From assembly GCA_022599915.1 (NCBI GenBank), contig JAHZLH010000066.1:5447-69446 (forward strand): a stretch of 64,000 nt of DNA. Reading direction: 5' to 3'. Numbering within the stretch: position 1 is the first letter of the stretch; every line of letters begins with the position of its first letter. Below the pieces are notes generated by a model. It searched no databases, had not been told where the DNA came from, and saw only the letters and a program-made list of their open reading frames with translations. Below are positions 59,236 to 64,000 of the stretch, one piece after another. A program made the position numbers and the translations under genes. Origin of the DNA: Actinomycetes bacterium (lineage in GTDB: Bacteria; Actinomycetota; Actinomycetes; S36-B12; GCA-2699445).

Positions 59236-59574
59236 CTAATAGGTTTCGTTGCGCAGGTTTTCCAGCGCCTCATCCAAGATCGCGTCAGCGTCATCCTCGC
59301 TGCGGCGCTCCTTAACGTAGGCAAGGTGAGTCTTGTATGGCTCAATCTTGGGCGGCGCCGGGGGGTTCGCCCGATCCTGACCCGCAGGCCAGCCGCAACG
59401 AGGGCAATCCCATTTCTCCGGGATATTCGCCCCCTCAATGAAGCTGGGAGTGGATTCGTGATCGTTTGCACACCAGAACGACACCGCTGTGCGGGGAGCA
59501 GCCTCGCCCCGCTCGGCTTCGCCCATGGGGCCAGCCCCGATTCGACTGCCTCGAATAGCCTGTCCGCCTACCAC
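59236..59574 (-). CDS. rbpA: RNA polymerase-binding protein RbpA
   Basis: 112 aa from a GTG start with GAAAGGA upstream. Its blocks are IRGSRIG, a Cys/His...CPRC cluster and the C-terminal sigma-interaction helix KTHLAYVKERR. Confidence 0.9.
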   Translation of the reverse strand: MVGGQAIRGSRIGAGPMGEAERGEAAPRTAVSFWCANDHESTPSFIEGANIPEKWDCPRCGWPAGQDRANPPAPPKIEPYKTHLAYVKERRSEDDADAILDEALENLRNETY

Positions 59575-59687
59575 CGAGCGTCCTTTCGCTAGTTACGCCG
59601 GAAGATCATCCGGCACAACAGACTTTAGGCAGACAATGGTGATCTTCGCAGCACATGTGGCCCGGCGGGTCGCAGGAGCGACGGTAA

Positions 59688-59924
59688 TCAGCCGCCAGAA
59701 CTGACGATCAAACCGAGGCCAAGGATGGAGGCCACCCAGAACACCGCAACGATGACCGTGATTCGGTCGAGGTTCTTCTCCGCAACCGATGACCCACCCA
59801 GGTTGCTGCTGATACCGCCACCAAACATGTCGGAAAGGCCGCCACCTTTGCCCTTGTGCAACAGAACTAGCGCAATGAGCAGCAGGCTGCTGACGACCAG
59901 CAGAATCTGCAAAACTATGGTCAC
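59688..59924 (-). CDS. secG: Preprotein translocase subunit SecG
   Basis: 78 aa with two TM segments flanking a Gly-rich loop (HKGKGGGLSDMFGGG). Confidence 0.9.
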   Translation of the reverse strand: MTIVLQILLVVSSLLLIALVLLHKGKGGGLSDMFGGGISSNLGGSSVAEKNLDRITVIVAVFWVASILGLGLIVSSGG

Positions 59925-59970
59925 AACACTCTCCTCATAGCGTCCCTAGCGCTCAAGGATAGCCCATCGC

Positions 59971-60756
59971 TCAAGCCGCAGGGTGCTGCGGGAACTTACA
60001 GATTGTGGCGAAGTCGTCGGCATCCAGACTGGCTCCGCCCACCAGGCCACCGTCGATGTCCGGCATGACCATCAGCCCCGCAACGTTGCTGGACTTCACC
60101 GAGCCGCCATAGAGGATCCGAGCTACGTCAGCGGTGCCATCGCCGTGCTCTCGGCGGAGAAACTCCCGAATCGCGCCGCACACCTCTTGGGCGTCATCTG
60201 GCGTGGCAACCTCACCGGTGCCGATCGCCCACACGGGCTCGTAGGCCAACGTCAGCCGATCGCCCAGAATGTCCACCAAACCAGCAAGACTGCCTTCGAG
60301 CTGACCCAAGGTATAGTCCACCGCGCCACCAGCCTGTCGGATCGACAGTGGCTCCCCCACGCAGACGATGGGGACCACTTGGTTCGCCATCGCTACCCGG
60401 GCCTTGGCATTGACGATCTCGTTACCCTCGTCGTGGTACTGCCGCCGTTCGGAGTGACCGACGCAGGTGTAACTGCAGCCCAGCTTCGCCAGCATCGCCG
60501 CCGACACCTCACCGGTGTAGGCGCCAGCTTCGTGTTGCGAAACGTCCTGTGCCCCGTAGCCGATGCGATATTTTTCGCCGTCTATCAAGGTCTGTACGGA
60601 TCTCAGATCGGTGTAGGGGGGTAGCACCACCACCTCGACAGCATCGAGGTCAGCATCAGACAGCGAAAACGCCAACTTCTGCACCAGCGCAATGGCCTCA
60701 AGATGGTTGAGGTTCATCTTCCAGTTGCCCATCATGGCGGGCTTACGATCGGACAC
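59971..60756 (-). CDS. tpiA: Triosephosphate isomerase
   Basis: 261 aa containing [13 protein letters not shown] and [11 protein letters not shown]. Confidence 0.97.
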   Translation of the reverse strand: MSDRKPAMMGNWKMNLNHLEAIALVQKLAFSLSDADLDAVEVVVLPPYTDLRSVQTLIDGEKYRIGYGAQDVSQHEAGAYTGEVSAAMLAKLGCSYTCVGHSERRQYHDEGNEIVNAKARVAMANQVVPIVCVGEPLSIRQAGGAVDYTLGQLEGSLAGLVDILGDRLTLAYEPVWAIGTGEVATPDDAQEVCGAIREFLRREHGDGTADVARILYGGSVKSSNVAGLMVMPDIDGGLVGGASLDADDFATICKFPQHPAA

Positions 60757-61943
60757 TAGTCCTCCAAAGCAGCGAGACCAGGGAGCGTGCGTCCCTCGAG
60801 ATATTCCAAACTAGCGCCACCACCGGTAGATACATGGTTATAGCGGTCATCGGGGATAGCAAATGACCTGATTGCAGCAGCGCTGTCGCCGCCGCCGATC
60901 ACGGTGAAGGCAGCTGACTGGGCCAACTGATCAGCTATCGCTCGGGTACCGGCGGCAAAGGCCGGCATCTCGAACACTCCCATCGGACCGTTCCACACCA
61001 CGGTTGCTGCATCCGCCAGTTTGCCGGAAAACAACTCGATCGATGCCGGACCAATGTCCATTCCCATCCAACCATCGGGGATGCTGTCGGCGGCTACTAC
61101 TTGGACCTCGGCATCAGCAGCGAAGCGATCCGCCACCACGATGTCTATCGGCAGCACCACGTCCACCCCACGAGCTCGGGCGTCAGCGAGCACCGTGCGT
61201 AGGGTGTCGACTTGATCGGCTTCCAGCAGCGAGTCTCCTACCGAATAGCCCTCCGCGGCGAGGAAGGTGAAGCACATGCCGCCACCGATCAGGATCTGAT
61301 CGACCGAGCCCAGCAGGTTGCCGATGACCGCCAGTTTGTCGCTGACCTTTGCCCCACCCATGACAACGGCAAAGGGGCGGGCTGGCCCCGTGATCAGTCC
61401 GGAAAACACCTTCGATTCCGCTGCCACCAGCAAACCTGCCGCGTGCGGTAACAACCCGGCAATCTCAGTCACACTGGCCTGTTCGCGATGGACGACGCCG
61501 AAGCCATCACTGACGTAGCAGTCTGCTTGTTGCGCGAGTTCCTGCGCCAGTTCTAACCGCTGTTGCGCGTCCTTGCTGGTTTCGCGGGAATCGAACCGAA
61601 CGTTCTCCAATACCAAGACGTCCCCATCAGACATCTCGGCGATTGCCGCGGTTGCGGCTGGACCAGTCAGTTCCGGTACGAATCTGACCGGCTGCTGCAA
61701 TAACTCCCCCAAGCGCTGCGCGACTGGCTGTAGCGAAAGTTCCGGCACCGGCGCGCCTTTCGGTCGCCCCAAATGGGCCAGCACGATCACTCGGGCGCCT
61801 CGTTGAGTGAGCGCCGTGATCGTGGGCAGACTCGCCCTGATCCGCCCGTCATCGGTGATGGCGCCATCGGCCATCGGCACGTTGAGGTCTACCCGCAGCA
61901 GCACTCGGCGGCCAGTTACGTCCAGATCATCGATGCCGAGCAT
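60756..61943 (-). CDS. pgk: Phosphoglycerate kinase
   Basis: 395 aa containing RVDLNVP and WNGPMGVFE, followed by IGGGDSAAA. Confidence 0.97.
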   Translation of the reverse strand: MLGIDDLDVTGRRVLLRVDLNVPMADGAITDDGRIRASLPTITALTQRGARVIVLAHLGRPKGAPVPELSLQPVAQRLGELLQQPVRFVPELTGPAATAAIAEMSDGDVLVLENVRFDSRETSKDAQQRLELAQELAQQADCYVSDGFGVVHREQASVTEIAGLLPHAAGLLVAAESKVFSGLITGPARPFAVVMGGAKVSDKLAVIGNLLGSVDQILIGGGMCFTFLAAEGYSVGDSLLEADQVDTLRTVLADARARGVDVVLPIDIVVADRFAADAEVQVVAADSIPDGWMGMDIGPASIELFSGKLADAATVVWNGPMGVFEMPAFAAGTRAIADQLAQSAAFTVIGGGDSAAAIRSFAIPDDRYNHVSTGGGASLEYLEGRTLPGLAALED

Positions 61944-61953
61944 TAGTTGACCG

Positions 61954-63009
<1,056 letters not shown>

Positions 63010-63091
63010 CTAGTCACTGGTCCCGCCATCCGGTGCGGTGGCGGATGTCAACCGACCCTAGCGAACGCCCTAGTGGGAGTCGCACCCGGTG

Positions 63092-64000
63092 TCAGTCGTC
63101 CAGCATGTCCTCAGTGAGGCTGGCCTCGGTGCCAGGTATCCCCTCTTGCGCAGCCCGCTTGTCCGCCATCGCCAACAGCCGCCGGATCCGACCGGCGATT
63201 GCATCCTTGGTGAGTTGCGGTGATGCCAGCGATCCAAGTTCTTCCAAGCTCGCTTGCCGGTGTTCGATACGAAGTTTGCCAGCCTCGCGCAGATGATCAG
63301 GAATGTCGTCGCCCAGGATTTCCAGTGCGCGTTCGACCCGGGCACCGGCCGCCACGGCCGCTCGCGCTGAGCGGCGCAAGTTGGCGTCATCGAAGTTCGC
63401 CAGCCGGTTAGCGGTGGCTCGAACCTCCCGACGCATCCGCCGCTCCTCCCAGACCAGCCGCGACTGATGAGCCTGCATCCGGGTAAGCATGTCGCCAATC
63501 GCCTCGCCGTCGCGCACCCCAACGCGATCGGTGCCACGCACCTCGCGGCCCTTTGCTGCTATTCCGAGACGTCGAGCGGCCCCAACAAGCGCGAGACCGG
63601 TCTCTTGGCTGGGCGCGGTGATCTCCAGCGCGGAGGACCGCCCGGGCTCAGTCAGCGAACCACGAGCCAGGAATGCTCCCCGCCAAACTGCTTCAGCGTC
63701 ACAGGGCGCTCCCGATACCACTGACGGTGGCATGCCCCGTACCGGCAGACCACGGCCGTCCACCAAACCCACCTGACGAGCAAGCCACTCGCCGCCATCG
63801 ACGACCCGCACCGCGTAGCGGGCATTGCGCCGAAGACCAGTGGGCTGAACTACGGACATCACGACCTCGTGGCCGTAGAGGTCAGCGATATTGGAACGCA
63901 CTCGGCGCGCAATCGTGCCGGTATCGAACTCAGCCTCAACAACCAGTTGCTTGTTGATGACGTGCAAATGGCCCCCCACTCGCAGCATCGCAGCCACTTC
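63092..64000 (-). CDS. whiA: Sporulation/cell-division regulator WhiA, 5' end outside the window
   Basis: The frame stays open to the window edge. A LAGLIDADG-like middle domain and a C-terminal HTH ([18 protein letters not shown]) are present. It sits upstream of gap-pgk-tpiA, as usual. Confidence 0.9.
   Translation of the reverse strand, partial: EVAAMLRVGGHLHVINKQLVVEAEFDTGTIARRVRSNIADLYGHEVVMSVVQPTGLRRNARYAVRVVDGGEWLARQVGLVDGRGLPVRGMPPSVVSGAPCDAEAVWRGAFLARGSLTEPGRSSALEITAPSQETGLALVGAARRLGIAAKGREVRGTDRVGVRDGEAIGDMLTRMQAHQSRLVWEERRMRREVRATANRLANFDDANLRRSARAAVAAGARVERALEILGDDIPDHLREAGKLRIEHRQASLEELGSLASPQLTKDAIAGRIRRLLAMADKRAAQEGIPGTEASLTEDMLDD

Overview
The window is GC-rich, densely packed chromosomal DNA from an actinobacterium (Actinomycetota). 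Genus is not assignable by eye. About 60 protein genes are supported, almost all conserved housekeeping functions arranged in blocks familiar from Mycobacterium, Corynebacterium and Streptomyces. In order these are: nrdJ-nrdR, LysM/lexA, dinG-like, hflX-dapF, miaA, miaB, pta-ackA, NfeD/SPFH, serB, TldD/PmbA, SURF1, an ABC-F ATPase, the full sufR-BD-Rieske-CSU-T operon, an ABC-2 exporter with ctaA, ctaB, tkt-tal-zwf-opcA-pgl, rbpA, secG, and tpiA-pgk-gap-whiA. I found no rRNA, tRNA, CRISPR array, transposase, integrase, phage gene or recognisable defence or toxin module, so I cannot point to a clear novel system. The candidates most worth a second look are small local departures from the conserved layout. 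(1) A divergent GT4 glycosyltransferase / LmbE (PIG-L) deacetylase pair sits between dapF and miaA. (2) A Nudix-fold protein with a degenerate Nudix box is translationally coupled to pta-ackA. (3) A Cys-X5-Arg phosphatase is wedged into an overlapping ABC-2 exporter-ctaA gene string. (4) A 421-bp gene-free gap with strong hairpins separates miaB from ackA. (5) Several operator-like repeat architectures occur upstream of nrdR, lexA, dinG and sufR. All family calls rest on motifs I recognised by reading the translations. No alignments or database searches were run.
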